A stretch of DNA of 64,000 nt from an uncultured virus (IMG/VR IMGVR_UViG_3300007986_000015) (IMGVR_UViG_3300007986_000015); one strand, 5' to 3'. Shown: positions 10,158 through 21,050, counted from the first letter of the stretch. Numbers and translations: made by a program. Notes: generated by a model from the letters alone, not told the origin.

Positions 10158-10488
10158 AGTAACTATAGTTGTAAAAAAACAGTGTACAATAATAATAGAC
10201 TATGGTAGAATAGATCCCTAGTTAAGGAAGGTATAAATTATGAATACGATGAAGAAACGAATCAATGTTACATGTGCAAATAGTGGTTGTGGTAAGGAAT
10301 TTTCAATCCTGCCTCGCACTGACGGCAAGCCACAGCGTAGTGAGTGTTTTACGTGCAAGCCGCGTCACGTGTTTTCAGCCCCTAAGTGAAATTAGACAGC
10401 GTTGTGGTCTGGTAGGTCGGCCCACGAAAGTAGCGTTGCCGTTAGAGTCGGAAGACCTAATCATTTTAATGAATTGCTGTGAAGACCA

Positions 10489-10698
10489 ATGACTGCTAAA
10501 GAGATTAAAAGAATTATTGGTTATCGCGCGTATGCGCATGGATTGCTTGATAAGTGTTGTCAAAACGGTGCGCCAACAGTTAGATGTATTGTTGGTGTGT
10601 TTTTGATACGGTGTGAACGCTGCGGCTATCATTTACAATCCCATGAGTTTCACCTTCTGTGCCGAACATGGAACGAATCAATAAGGAATAGAACATGA
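10489..10698 (+). CDS. Small Cys-rich hypothetical protein
   Basis: CC..., CERCG; stop overlaps next start (ATGA). Confidence 0.5.
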   Translation: MTAKEIKRIIGYRAYAHGLLDKCCQNGAPTVRCIVGVFLIRCERCGYHLQSHEFHLLCRTWNESIRNRT

Positions 10699-11315
10699 AA
10701 ATAGTTTGTATATCAGATACGCACCGCTACCACGCCCAAGTTGATAAGGTACATGCAGACGTTGTAGTGCATGCAGGAGATGTGTGTGGCCATGGAAGCG
10801 TTAATGAATTAAAGAGCTTTATTGAATGGTACAAGGATTATCCTTGCACACATAAGATTTTCGTTGCAGGAAATCATGATAGATGCCTTGAAACGCAATT
10901 AAATCTCGAAGATGACATCCGTGCTGCAGGCATTATATACTTAAAGGACTCCAGTGTTGTAATTGATGGCATTGAGTTTTATGGTACGCCATATCAGCCA
11001 TTCTTTTGCAATTGGGCTTTTAATGTTCGTGATGTATTTCAACTTCGAGAGATATACAGACAGATTCCAGAGTCTACAGACTTTTTAATCACGCACTGCC
11101 CGCCTTATGGTGTCATGGATGTATGTCGAGATGGTAGCGTGGGATCATCAGAGCTGCAGATCGAACTTAGAAGGGTTTCCCCTAAGTATCACCTTTTCGG
11201 CCACATCCACGAGGCCCACGGGCGTATTGATATTGATGGAACGACATATATTAATGCATGTCAATGTGATGAACACTACGATATAACAAACCAACCAATT
11301 ACGGTTGAAATATAA
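10695..11315 (+). CDS. Calcineurin-like metallophosphoesterase
   Basis: ISDTH, HAGD, GNHD, THCPP, FGHIHE. Confidence 0.92.
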   Translation: MKIVCISDTHRYHAQVDKVHADVVVHAGDVCGHGSVNELKSFIEWYKDYPCTHKIFVAGNHDRCLETQLNLEDDIRAAGIIYLKDSSVVIDGIEFYGTPYQPFFCNWAFNVRDVFQLREIYRQIPESTDFLITHCPPYGVMDVCRDGSVGSSELQIELRRVSPKYHLFGHIHEAHGRIDIDGTTYINACQCDEHYDITNQPITVEI

Positions 11316-11329
11316 TAAGGAATATATAT

Positions 11330-11947
11330 ATGATGAATAAAGCGAGTACGATAATTGCTTTGATGCTGATTACAATTGGCTGCAGAGCTGAAGAGCTGGA
11401 TAAGAAAGCTATATGGGAGAATGAGCGCATCACTTTGCCGACCATGACAAACTATGTATGGGGTGTAATTGCACATGCCGACGTCGTCAATTATAGCGCG
11501 GCCGAGAGGGTAGAACCAACCACAGCGAGCGAAGAGCTAGTAACGAACAGTTGGACTCAATGCATATCCAATTATGACCGCGGTCTTAAGCAAATATGCG
11601 CGCCTGAATATGCATACATGGTTGGCCAATTCAATGATTATGTTTTTGCGGCGACAAATTCTGCTTGTATTATTGGTGATGTTAGGATGGGATCATTCGA
11701 TGGCCACATGTTTGCTATCAGTTGTAATAAAGAACATATTGATGATTATCCTAAGGTGCAAAAGATATATCGAGGCGTGCAAAAACGAATTACCTACAAG
11801 AAGACTATTTTTATTGCAGGTGATGAGATTGAAACGACTTGGGAAAAGTATACATATCCTCATCAGAAACTCACTAAGACAATCACCGTTAAAATTGTTA
11901 AGGATGTGGTGGTAGACGAAGCTGTTGAGGAAACATTTCGCAAATAG
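11330..11947 (+). CDS. Hypothetical protein with N-terminal signal-like segment
   Basis: MMNKASTIIALMLITIGC; SD AAGGA. Confidence 0.65.
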   Translation: MMNKASTIIALMLITIGCRAEELDKKAIWENERITLPTMTNYVWGVIAHADVVNYSAAERVEPTTASEELVTNSWTQCISNYDRGLKQICAPEYAYMVGQFNDYVFAATNSACIIGDVRMGSFDGHMFAISCNKEHIDDYPKVQKIYRGVQKRITYKKTIFIAGDEIETTWEKYTYPHQKLTKTITVKIVKDVVVDEAVEETFRK

Positions 11948-12051
11948 TCTAACGTTTTGCAATCAAATGGACTAATGCAGCAGTCATAAATAGATCCAAG
12001 CTTCTAGATGTTATAAATAACAATAGAATAACACTGGAAAAGGATCTATTT

Positions 12052-13830
12052 ATGACTTCACCTATAAAGTCAATCGCCGGACGTGTGCTTGACAAACATT
12101 CAAAATATCAACTAGCTGGCGTTAAAGGCAGCAATACGGAAATCTCAAATTGGTACTCGTCTCGCGAAGAGGTGCAGGCCATTCAAGAAGAGATTGAAGC
12201 ATTGTCGATCTTTGACGCCTTTACTATTACTAAAGCTCTTCCCCACCAAGCTGGTCTAAATGACCCAGCTACACTTGAAGAGTACACTGTGTTGAACATC
12301 GATGAAATGCTCAACGAATCACTTTCTACAGGCGCTATTGACAAAGCCGCGAATATTATTCTTAAGTACATTCGACGTAAGACCGGAAATAAGAAAATCT
12401 TTACAAGCTTGGGTGTTGAAGAGTATAAGAATTCAACAAGTTCTGGTGTAGGAATTCGTTTCTTTGCACCTGGGAAGAAAATTGAATCATGGCGCTTTAA
12501 CTGGAAATCAGAATCCAGCGCTGATTATCATAACCTCAATTCAATCGATATGTGGAATGGTAAAACTCAAGGCCCTACGTACCATATAGTCTTTGAAAAA
12601 CCTATTTCTCTGGTGCAGGTCCTTCCACAATTTGTGGATATGCTTATGAGTGGCGTTAAGAAGGGTGGGTTCATGACCTATCCAACAGACATTTCATTAA
12701 AGGAAAGTGTTGATACTGTTGAAATGGTCTTGGCTGAAGCAATAGATCCAATTGAAGCTTTTGATGGAGTTTTAAATTTGCTTGCATCACCAAATTTCAC
12801 CAAGAATAAAGTATGGTCTATTTGGAAGTCAATGGGTCTTAAGATCTTTGATGCTTTGGAAATGGCCTATCCTGAACTTATCGTTAAAGCCGGCCGTGGT
12901 TATACCTGGGAAGGCACTGACGATGACATCAAAGAGATGAGCAAACAAAAGGATACATTCCTTCATCAGCTTGGAGCTGTTAAGGGTCGTGTTGGAGGCG
13001 GAGCTTCAAAGGAGAGCTACACATACAATAAGAAACTGGATGATCTCGAAGCGCAAAAGGAACGTATCACATTTGAGAAGCAGTTAGATGACTTAGAGAA
13101 TCTTATTAAGTTGACCATTTCAGGCGCTTCCAATGCCTTATTCGTGGCAGGTCGAGGTGGTGTAGGTAAAACCCACACCGTTGAGAAAACCCTCGAATCC
13201 GCCGGTCTGAAGGACGGAGATGGCTACTTCAAGAATACTGGTACAGCATCGGCTGCTGGTATGTATACACTGCTATTCAAATACCAAGATGGTATTATTC
13301 TATTCGACGATTCGGATGATGCTCTCAAGGATCAAGAAGCCCGAAATATGATTAAAGCAGCAACTGATACGAAACCTATTCGTAAGTTGGTGTGGAATAA
13401 AATGGGTAAGAACGTTATCGAGCCTGAGAATTATGATGGCACACATGACGAGATGATTGACGATGGTAAGATTCCACGTTATTTTGAGTTCACAGGTAAG
13501 ATCATTTTTATCTCGAACCTACCAATGGATAAGCTTGATCCTGACGGTGCTATTCGTACTCGCGCCTTCCTTATTGATATTGATCCTACTGATGCAGAGA
13601 TTTATGATTTCATGGAAAATATCTGCGATAAGATCCCTCTTGATGGTGATTTATTCTTAGATAAGAAACAGCGTGTTGAAGTTGTAGCTCTGCTTCGTAC
13701 AGGTGGATCAAAACAAACAGCTAACCTACGTAAGTTAGCCCGCGCTTTAAACATGAAGGCCGGTGCACTTAAGTCCGGTGTGGATGTCAATGGACCAGAA
13801 CTGGCCCGAATGATTGCAACTTACGCATAA
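12052..13830 (+). CDS. P-loop (AAA+-like) ATPase, late, probably virion-packaged
   Basis: GRGGVGKT Walker A, IILFDD Walker B, IIFISN sensor; late promoter; LNES/LKES/LAEA candidate prohead-protease sites. Confidence 0.75.
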   Translation: MTSPIKSIAGRVLDKHSKYQLAGVKGSNTEISNWYSSREEVQAIQEEIEALSIFDAFTITKALPHQAGLNDPATLEEYTVLNIDEMLNESLSTGAIDKAANIILKYIRRKTGNKKIFTSLGVEEYKNSTSSGVGIRFFAPGKKIESWRFNWKSESSADYHNLNSIDMWNGKTQGPTYHIVFEKPISLVQVLPQFVDMLMSGVKKGGFMTYPTDISLKESVDTVEMVLAEAIDPIEAFDGVLNLLASPNFTKNKVWSIWKSMGLKIFDALEMAYPELIVKAGRGYTWEGTDDDIKEMSKQKDTFLHQLGAVKGRVGGGASKESYTYNKKLDDLEAQKERITFEKQLDDLENLIKLTISGASNALFVAGRGGVGKTHTVEKTLESAGLKDGDGYFKNTGTASAAGMYTLLFKYQDGIILFDDSDDALKDQEARNMIKAATDTKPIRKLVWNKMGKNVIEPENYDGTHDEMIDDGKIPRYFEFTGKIIFISNLPMDKLDPDGAIRTRAFLIDIDPTDAEIYDFMENICDKIPLDGDLFLDKKQRVEVVALLRTGGSKQTANLRKLARALNMKAGALKSGVDVNGPELARMIATYA

Positions 13831-13850
13831 TAAATATTATAAGGAACAAA

Positions 13851-14096
13851 ATGACAGGCATTACAAAAAGTCTAATAGCCTCAGCAACAGCGGTTTTAAC
13901 CGAAGAGAATCTAGTTATTATTCCAAAGGAAGATCTTCCAAAAGATTCAAAGATGATCACAAAAGTTACTAATAAGCTCGCATTTTTTGGCCATGGCACG
14001 ATGTGGAATAGTAAAGACGATAGTATTATGGTTTCGCCAACATCTGGCCGCGATGTTAAAAAGGACATCGTAAACGTATTGAAGCAATTTAGCTAA
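13851..14096 (+). CDS. Small hypothetical head-associated protein
   Basis: N-terminus GITKSLIASATAVLTE shared with the next gene. Confidence 0.6.
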   Translation: MTGITKSLIASATAVLTEENLVIIPKEDLPKDSKMITKVTNKLAFFGHGTMWNSKDDSIMVSPTSGRDVKKDIVNVLKQFS

Positions 14097-14130
14097 CAAC
14101 ATTAAATTTAATAGAAACAGAGGAAATAAA

Positions 14131-15984
14131 ATGGCATCGAATGGTATTAGTAAAAGTCTTATTGCAAGCGCAAGAAGTGTATTATGTGAAGCTTCAGGCG
14201 ATAAAGAAGATTATCAAAAGTTTTTTCAGAAGGCTCTTGACAAATATGGAGTGAAGTCACCTAGCGAACTCGACGACGAGAAGAAAAAGTCATTTTTCGA
14301 TTACATCGATAAGAATTGGAAGGGTGATTCAGAAGATAAGAAAGAATCTACCGATATTGATGAATCTTCAACTATTTTTGAAGGAGATTTTAAGAAGTCA
14401 GGGAAGTCAGGCATTGAAGATCTTGGCGGCGGTTGGGAATTGGTTTGGATGTTTAATAACAGCGGCAATGAGATTTATGGCAGCGTTTCGAAGAATGGTA
14501 AGCTTGAGAAATCCGCGACAGGTTGGTATCGTACTGCTAAGGTTGTTGATGCTGTTAAGTTAGCTAAGTCGCTTGTTGGTATTAGTGAATCAGTTGAAAT
14601 TACCGAAAAGAAGACTATCACAAACGTTGATGCTGGTGGTGTTGAAGCCACAATGAAGAAGTATAAGGTGAAGTGGGACGGCTGGGACGAAAGCGATCCA
14701 GACAAAATCGTTTACACATTTAAGGGTAAGCCTGTTGCAACATACGATTTTACTGATCTCTTCATCGAAGAGGCTACTGAACCCACTCTTATACTTCCTG
14801 AAGCAAAATCGACAGAGGACACATATCGGACGATGGATACACTGAAGATTCTTAAGGCAAGTGGCATGTCTCAGGAAGAAATTTTGAAAATTATCAATAG
14901 TCTTAAATTGAAAAACTTTTCAGTATCAAAGAAGGATTTTGCACAATTGGACAAAAATGAATCCGTTGAAGAAACAGAATTAGATGAAAAGAAAATGTCA
15001 GCATCTGCAAAGCGCGATGCGGCAATCTATCGTAAAAAGAACAAACTGAAACTTAAGAAGTACGCAGCAAAGCGTAACAAGAAGTTGAAGGCCGGAACAC
15101 TTAAGGTCAATAAAGCTAAGAGCCGACAAATTAAGAAAGCTCGTGCTAAGTCTGGTATTTCAGATGATGTGAATGTTGGTATAGAAGAGGCTGTAGTGAA
15201 GACACAGTACGATTCACAATATAACGATTTGATCAAAAAGATTAGCCAACTTCCATGGAGTGAAAAGGCTAAAAAGACTAAGCAGTCAGCCATGACATAT
15301 ATCGATTTTGTTATGAATGGCTGGGCATTTACTCTTGAATTCTGGATGCCAGATTCTAAATGGGGTACATGGTGGAATTATCAAGGCCTGCTTATTACAT
15401 CACCTTCATATAAAATGTCCGAGATGTTCAAAAAGACAGGTGCAGAGATGAGTGCTCTTCCTCATAATGCTAAGCCAGATGATAAGCTTCAGAAGGCAAA
15501 CATTAAGGAACTCGAAGATACGTATAATTGGTTGAAGAAGAATGCCAGTGGTATGACAGAGGATGTCAGCGAAGACGAATATTTCACGGCATATGATGAA
15601 GAAGTATTTGCCGATGAAATCAAAATGATTGACGCTCTTATTGAGAATGGCATGGATCCTGATATTGCAATCGATGTTGTTATGAACGATATGGAAGAAT
15701 CTCAGATTGATGAAGCCAGTTTGATGAATAGAGTGCCAAAGGGACTATCTGATATTGGTAAAGAGTATACGATTAAGAAGGGCACATTGGGCTTTATTTT
15801 TACAACTCAGCGCCAGAACATTCCAAAATTCAAAACTAATCGTGAGCTGCAGTTGAAGAGTCTTGGTGCAGAAGAGCGTGGTTCGGGTGAGTTTGCTCAC
15901 AAGTTGATTTACTTCATCATTCCAGATGTGTTTAGTCACACTGGAAAAGACGAATTGGTAGCATTCCGTGATGACGCGATATAG
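14131..15984 (+). CDS. Prohead core/internal head polyprotein-like protein
   Basis: N-terminus GISKSLIASARSVLCEA; alternating acidic linkers ending (I/L)xE and very basic modules. Confidence 0.6.
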   Translation: MASNGISKSLIASARSVLCEASGDKEDYQKFFQKALDKYGVKSPSELDDEKKKSFFDYIDKNWKGDSEDKKESTDIDESSTIFEGDFKKSGKSGIEDLGGGWELVWMFNNSGNEIYGSVSKNGKLEKSATGWYRTAKVVDAVKLAKSLVGISESVEITEKKTITNVDAGGVEATMKKYKVKWDGWDESDPDKIVYTFKGKPVATYDFTDLFIEEATEPTLILPEAKSTEDTYRTMDTLKILKASGMSQEEILKIINSLKLKNFSVSKKDFAQLDKNESVEETELDEKKMSASAKRDAAIYRKKNKLKLKKYAAKRNKKLKAGTLKVNKAKSRQIKKARAKSGISDDVNVGIEEAVVKTQYDSQYNDLIKKISQLPWSEKAKKTKQSAMTYIDFVMNGWAFTLEFWMPDSKWGTWWNYQGLLITSPSYKMSEMFKKTGAEMSALPHNAKPDDKLQKANIKELEDTYNWLKKNASGMTEDVSEDEYFTAYDEEVFADEIKMIDALIENGMDPDIAIDVVMNDMEESQIDEASLMNRVPKGLSDIGKEYTIKKGTLGFIFTTQRQNIPKFKTNRELQLKSLGAEERGSGEFAHKLIYFIIPDVFSHTGKDELVAFRDDAI

Positions 15985-15998
15985 GAATAAATAACTAT

Positions 15999-16349
15999 AT
16001 GATGCTTAATGAAAAGAACTTTTTCGAGTTCGCTGTGAAGAGTTATACTAATCCGCGATGCTTCTCTGTAGAGGAATTTATGGAGGACTTTGCGAGGATT
16101 AAGTATGTTAAACGGTTATTGAATCGATATACTAAAAGTAAGAATCTACAAGAGCGACTTTTGGTTAATCATTTAGTGTCAATATATAATGTTTTTGATA
16201 TTGCTTGCGCGAATGAAATGTTATTCTTTAGATGTGATAAGAGTTCGCATCCGGCTTTGCGAGGGTTTTTGGGATTTTTGAATTATCTTCCTCCAGAGTC
16301 ATCTGGCGCCATTGATCAAAATGTCGTTAATCGATTGAAGTTACTGTAA
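15999..16349 (+). CDS. Conserved T4-like phage hypothetical protein
   Basis: Y.NP.C.S.EEF.ED..RIKY.KRL, ERLLVNH motifs. Confidence 0.7.
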   Translation: MMLNEKNFFEFAVKSYTNPRCFSVEEFMEDFARIKYVKRLLNRYTKSKNLQERLLVNHLVSIYNVFDIACANEMLFFRCDKSSHPALRGFLGFLNYLPPESSGAIDQNVVNRLKLL

Positions 16350-16367
16350 TATTTGGAGAGTATTGAG

Positions 16368-17219
16368 ATGGGGTTATTAAAGAGAGCATCGGATACAGCA
16401 TATGCATTTAGATTCCTACGTTTGTTGACGCAGGATTGGGACAAGACTCAGGCGTATGAAATGGGATTGATCGATGATAATGGCGCGCTTATACGCAAGC
16501 CAGAAACAGGCGATGAGAAGAGTGCCTTTACATATTTCCATCGTTTAGTGTTTAACATTAAACGTGTTATGCAGCGGATGCCTTCAATGCTTCGCAAAGT
16601 TGGATCATACGCCGCAGCGCTATATCTTCTTAAGGCTCATGTTGAATGCACTGAAGAGCAATTGGTTGAAGCACTGGGCATTGATATTGATGAATTGAAC
16701 GAATCAAACCAAACGCCTTTTGACCTTAAAGAGAATTGCCTTTATCAGTTGGGTAATTCTGTGCCACTACATACTTTGCAAAATCAGTATGTCGAAGCCG
16801 CAGCAGGAACGACTATAGTAATTAAAAAATCCTTGGGCATTCATTTTGCTACTGAGTTATTCGAGGCTACACATAAGCTGACAGGCTGTCCTGTTATTGT
16901 TAGTGGCCATGATATTTCAGAAGACTTGATGAAAGAAGAGGTAATGACTACTGCAGACATGCCCGATATTCCAAAGCCGTTAGTTCATCATACTGGTGCA
17001 AAGTATCAGCATTTCAAAGTACCTTCAGACGTATTTCGTAGATTTGATACAGGTCGCAACAAACATGAGCGTTGGAATAACTATCTCGATCTTGCAGATG
17101 ACACACAAACACAAATCCGTAGCTTTGTAAAGAAGTATCCAAAGGCTACAGTAATTCTTCAAGATGAAGATACCGGTGCTGTAAGATCTATTCGTAGACG
17201 TGCTGCCAACGGATTCTAA
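16368..17219 (+). CDS. Conserved T4-like hypothetical (probable head) protein
   Basis: FRFLRLLT..W..T.AY..GLID..G, FHRLVFNIKR motifs; start uncertain (16353 or 16368). Confidence 0.65.
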   Translation: MGLLKRASDTAYAFRFLRLLTQDWDKTQAYEMGLIDDNGALIRKPETGDEKSAFTYFHRLVFNIKRVMQRMPSMLRKVGSYAAALYLLKAHVECTEEQLVEALGIDIDELNESNQTPFDLKENCLYQLGNSVPLHTLQNQYVEAAAGTTIVIKKSLGIHFATELFEATHKLTGCPVIVSGHDISEDLMKEEVMTTADMPDIPKPLVHHTGAKYQHFKVPSDVFRRFDTGRNKHERWNNYLDLADDTQTQIRSFVKKYPKATVILQDEDTGAVRSIRRRAANGF

Positions 17220-17304
17220 GAACATCATTCCCATAATAACAGTGTACAAGACTTGAATTATGTGATAAGATAGAACATGATTTAATAAGTAAAAGGAAAC
17301 TAAC

Positions 17305-18612
17305 ATGAGCATTCGAGCGTTACAGGATTACATTTTTTATTCACGCTATGCGCGTCATCTTCCAGAGAAGAAACGTCGTGAAACATTCCGCGAAACAGTG
17401 GATCGGGTTTTTGATATGCACCGTAGAAAATATGTAAATGAGCTTGCACAGTCGGAAGAACTTCGCGAGCTCATTTCTATTGCAGAACGGGCATTGGCTT
17501 CAAAGACAATCCTTGGTTCACAGCGAGCATTGCAATTTGGAGGAGAAGCTATCCTTAAGAAAAACGAACGAATCTATAATTGCTCATCTGGTCATGTTGA
17601 CCGCCCTCGGGCATTCCAAGAAGCCCTATACCTTTTGCTGTGTGGAGTTGGTGTAGGATTTTCGACGCAGTATTGTCATGTCAACAAGTTGCCAAAGGTT
17701 CAAAAACGAGTATATCGCGAAACCGTTGGTGCTAAAAAGTATGTCGTTGAAGATAGTGTCGAAGGTTGGGCCGATGCTGTTGGTGTTCTTATGTCTTCCT
17801 TCTTTGTTGAAGATCAGCCATTTCCAGAATACTTCGGTTGGCACATTGAATTTGATTTTTCCAAGATTCGTCCAAGAGGTTCTTTGATCAGTTGGGGTGG
17901 AATTGCACCTGGTCCTGAGGGCCTCGAGAGGGCGTTGGAGCGTATACAGGGGTTGATTAATAGGCGAATAGAATCAAGTGATTCTGGAACCGTCCAGTTA
18001 CCTCCAATTGACTGCTATGATATTCTGATGCACATCTCTGACTCGGTTCTGTCAGGTGGTATCCGTAGATCCGCTTGTATCAATTTGTTTTCGCCAGAAG
18101 ATACAGAAATGGCCATGGCAAAAACTGGAGATTGGTTCCTGACTAATCCCCAGCGTGCTCGAAGTAATAACAGCGCTCTTCTTATTCGAAATGATGTGGG
18201 TCGTCAGCAATTTGCAGATCTATTCAAACAGACCCGCGAATTCGGCGAGCCGGGGTTTGTATGGGCCGAGCATGAAAATGTAAGTGTAAACCCATGCGTG
18301 ACTGCTGATACATTGGTCAACGTAAAAGTGAATGGCGAAGAACGGCTTGTGCGAATGGACGTTTTGGTTAGTTTGTTTATATCGAAGAAGGTTACGCTAG
18401 AAGCATTAAGTATGAATATTGAGACTAACGTTCGTGAATGGAAAACGATTACTAATGCTGCGATGACTCGTGCTGACGCGGAAATAGTTAAAATTGAATT
18501 ATGCAATGGTCAGTTTCTTAAATGCACGCCCGATCATAAGATATGGACAACTAATAGAGGATATGTTGAAGCAAAAGATTTGACAGAAGACGATGATGTT
18601 GAAATTCTATGA
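17305..18612 (+). CDS. nrdJ: Class II (B12) ribonucleotide reductase, N-terminal part plus N-intein (18295-18609)
   Basis: IYNCS, GVGVGF, GGIRRSA, GEPG, NP|CVTADT; intein block B KCTPDH. Confidence 0.92.
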   Translation: MSIRALQDYIFYSRYARHLPEKKRRETFRETVDRVFDMHRRKYVNELAQSEELRELISIAERALASKTILGSQRALQFGGEAILKKNERIYNCSSGHVDRPRAFQEALYLLLCGVGVGFSTQYCHVNKLPKVQKRVYRETVGAKKYVVEDSVEGWADAVGVLMSSFFVEDQPFPEYFGWHIEFDFSKIRPRGSLISWGGIAPGPEGLERALERIQGLINRRIESSDSGTVQLPPIDCYDILMHISDSVLSGGIRRSACINLFSPEDTEMAMAKTGDWFLTNPQRARSNNSALLIRNDVGRQQFADLFKQTREFGEPGFVWAEHENVSVNPCVTADTLVNVKVNGEERLVRMDVLVSLFISKKVTLEALSMNIETNVREWKTITNAAMTRADAEIVKIELCNGQFLKCTPDHKIWTTNRGYVEAKDLTEDDDVEIL

Positions 18613-18627
18613 TTTATAAATAATAAC

Positions 18628-19392
18628 ATGGATTCACAAATGTTATTTTATAGATTATATGGAAAATATGATTCGTGCCATCCCTTTTGGTGTAATTTTA
18701 CTCAGAACGAGCGCCAAAACTTCAGATATGAAAGAATGCTTTCACCCACAGGTCAAGAATTGTATGATTTGCTAAATAAAAGATACCTAATAGACAAAGA
18801 AGGTCTAAAGGTCATTGCTAAGGAATTGAACACGTCATATATGTTAATGCGCCAAGTGATGAATCTATATCAAATTCCACTTCGCAAAGGACAGTCCGTT
18901 GTAACTGACGCTCTACGAAAAAGAAGATCTGATAAAGCAATTAGTGAATGGAAAACGCATAGTGGATGGTTTAATCCAGATATTAGACGTAAAATTAAAA
19001 AGTACAACGCCCGAGGTGTTCAGGGGTATTTTTATAATAGCACAACAAATAATGATGTTTGGTTAAGATCAACATACGAATTCATCTTTGCGAAGTGGCT
19101 CAACCGTACTAAACAAAATTGGAAAATTGAAGTTACGCATTACGTAATGCCAGATGGCCGAATCTATCGTCCGGATTTTTTTCTATATGACGATAACTGG
19201 AATTTGTTAAAAATTGTTGAGATTAAAGGATATTGGGATAATAACTCAGATAAAGCCATTATCCTCAGTGAAATTACTGATGTTGAAGTTTGCATTATTA
19301 AAGGAAAGTCAATTTGTAAATTTATTGAAGAAAGATCAACTTATGAAAAAGAATTACAGAAATGGAAAGAGGTAAGACGTGTCCAAAGTTAA
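18628..19392 (+). CDS. Free-standing endonuclease (PD-(D/E)xK type) between the nrdJ halves
   Basis: RSTYE, YRPDF, VEIKGYW; own TATAAATA. Confidence 0.8.
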   Translation: MDSQMLFYRLYGKYDSCHPFWCNFTQNERQNFRYERMLSPTGQELYDLLNKRYLIDKEGLKVIAKELNTSYMLMRQVMNLYQIPLRKGQSVVTDALRKRRSDKAISEWKTHSGWFNPDIRRKIKKYNARGVQGYFYNSTTNNDVWLRSTYEFIFAKWLNRTKQNWKIEVTHYVMPDGRIYRPDFFLYDDNWNLLKIVEIKGYWDNNSDKAIILSEITDVEVCIIKGKSICKFIEERSTYEKELQKWKEVRRVQS

Positions 19393-20773
19393 AAGACTCT
19401 CAATTGAACGCAATGAAGATGTATATGATATTACTGTAGAAAGTAATCATAACTTTTTTGCAAATGGAATGCTTGTACACAACTGCGTTGAAATCGGGAT
19501 GTGGCCCATTTGGTATAATGATGATGGATCTGAAGAATCAGGCTTTCAGTTTTGCAACCTTACAGAGATTAATGGGAAGAAGGCTTCTGATGAAGAAAAG
19601 TTTTATGATGCGTGCAAGGCCGCCGCAATTCTGGGTACACTTCAGGCAGGATATACAGACTTCCCATATCTTGGTGAAATAACAGAAAAGATCACCCGCC
19701 GCGAAGCTCTGCTTGGTGTTTCTATTACAGGTATGATGGATAATCCTGAAGTATTGTTTGATGAACGTATTCAGCGAAAAGGCGCGAGAGTCGTCAAGAA
19801 GTGGAATCGGATTACAGCAAATCTTATAGGCATCAATCCCGCCGCACGCTGCACATGCGTCAAACCGAGCGGAAGCGCAAGCTGCATATTGGGAACTGCT
19901 TCTGGAATTCATCCTCATCACGCCAAACGATATATGCGTAGAGTTCAAGCTAATAAACTAGAGTTTCCTGCACAACATTTCAAATCCGTAAATATTGATG
20001 CTGTTGAAGATAGTGTATGGAGCGCTAACGATACCGATGAAGTCATCACCTTCTTGTGCGAGGTGCCAGATGGCGCTAAGGTTAAGAATAAGATGTCTGC
20101 TATTGATTTGCTTGAGCATGTTAAACTGACTCAAATGAATTGGGTCGAAGAAGGCACAACAAAGGAATTATGCGTTAGAGACTTTGTACGGAATAACGTC
20201 TCTAACACTATCACACTTCAGGATAATGAATGGGATGCTGTCGAAAGCTACATTTATCGTAACCGTAAAAGCTTTGCTGGTATTTCCCTATTGTCGTTCG
20301 CAGGTGATAAGGACTACGACCAAGCGCCATTCTGTGCTGTATACTCACCTTTAGAACTAGTCAAAATGTATGGAGATGCTTCAATGTTTGCATCTGGAAT
20401 GATTGTTGATGGCCTAGCGGCTTTCAAGAATCTATATCGTGCGTGTGATACATTATTAGGTGTTGGCGAAAACACAGAATTTGAACCAATAGACGCTTAT
20501 GATTGTCCATCAAACGATTTTATACATTCCCGCACGGCAAAAATGGATTGGATCCGCCGGGGCCGGCAGTTTGCTGATCGCTATTTCAATGGCGATCTTC
20601 GTCAAATGACGTATTGCCTCAAGGATGTTTCTAACTGGAAACTATGGTGTGACCTATCACGCACATATAAAACTGTAGATTGGGTGAACCTCGTGGAAGA
20701 GAGCTTTTTAATAAAGGCAGATGAAATGGGCTCTCAGGCATGTGCAGGCGGCGTGTGCGATCTTAATATATAG
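19379..20773 (+). CDS. nrdJ: C-intein (19379-19483) plus C-terminal part of class II ribonucleotide reductase
   Basis: VYDITVESNHNFFANGMLVHN|CVEI, FCNLTEI, VKPSGS, C-terminal CAGGVC. Confidence 0.92.
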   Translation: MSKVKRLSIERNEDVYDITVESNHNFFANGMLVHNCVEIGMWPIWYNDDGSEESGFQFCNLTEINGKKASDEEKFYDACKAAAILGTLQAGYTDFPYLGEITEKITRREALLGVSITGMMDNPEVLFDERIQRKGARVVKKWNRITANLIGINPAARCTCVKPSGSASCILGTASGIHPHHAKRYMRRVQANKLEFPAQHFKSVNIDAVEDSVWSANDTDEVITFLCEVPDGAKVKNKMSAIDLLEHVKLTQMNWVEEGTTKELCVRDFVRNNVSNTITLQDNEWDAVESYIYRNRKSFAGISLLSFAGDKDYDQAPFCAVYSPLELVKMYGDASMFASGMIVDGLAAFKNLYRACDTLLGVGENTEFEPIDAYDCPSNDFIHSRTAKMDWIRRGRQFADRYFNGDLRQMTYCLKDVSNWKLWCDLSRTYKTVDWVNLVEESFLIKADEMGSQACAGGVCDLNI

Positions 20774-20854
20774 GCGCGCGCGCGGTACGGGAAACTATTT
20801 TTAGCCCTAAGTACCTGATAATGGCCAACTTAGCAAAAAAGTTACCGAAAACTG

Positions 20855-20980
20855 AAAATAATGGTGTACATGCCATGGCCATTGTGTTATACTAGATCTA
20901 GATGCTAAAGGGATAGCAACCTGAAAGCAGCGGTTATTGAAAAATAACGGTGTACAATCCACGGACATTGTGGTATAGTA
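20855..20980 (+). promoter_or_regulatory. Two tandem early-type promoters ahead of the tRNA leader
   Basis: AAAATAAYGGTGTACA followed by TGTTATACT / TGGTATAGT, same motif as about 13 other intergenic sites. Confidence 0.8.
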
Positions 20981-21050
20981 TTACCAGAGTTTGAAAATAA
21001 TTGAAAATAATTTGAGATTGAAGGCAGTAAGTTGTATAAATAAGAGTAGA

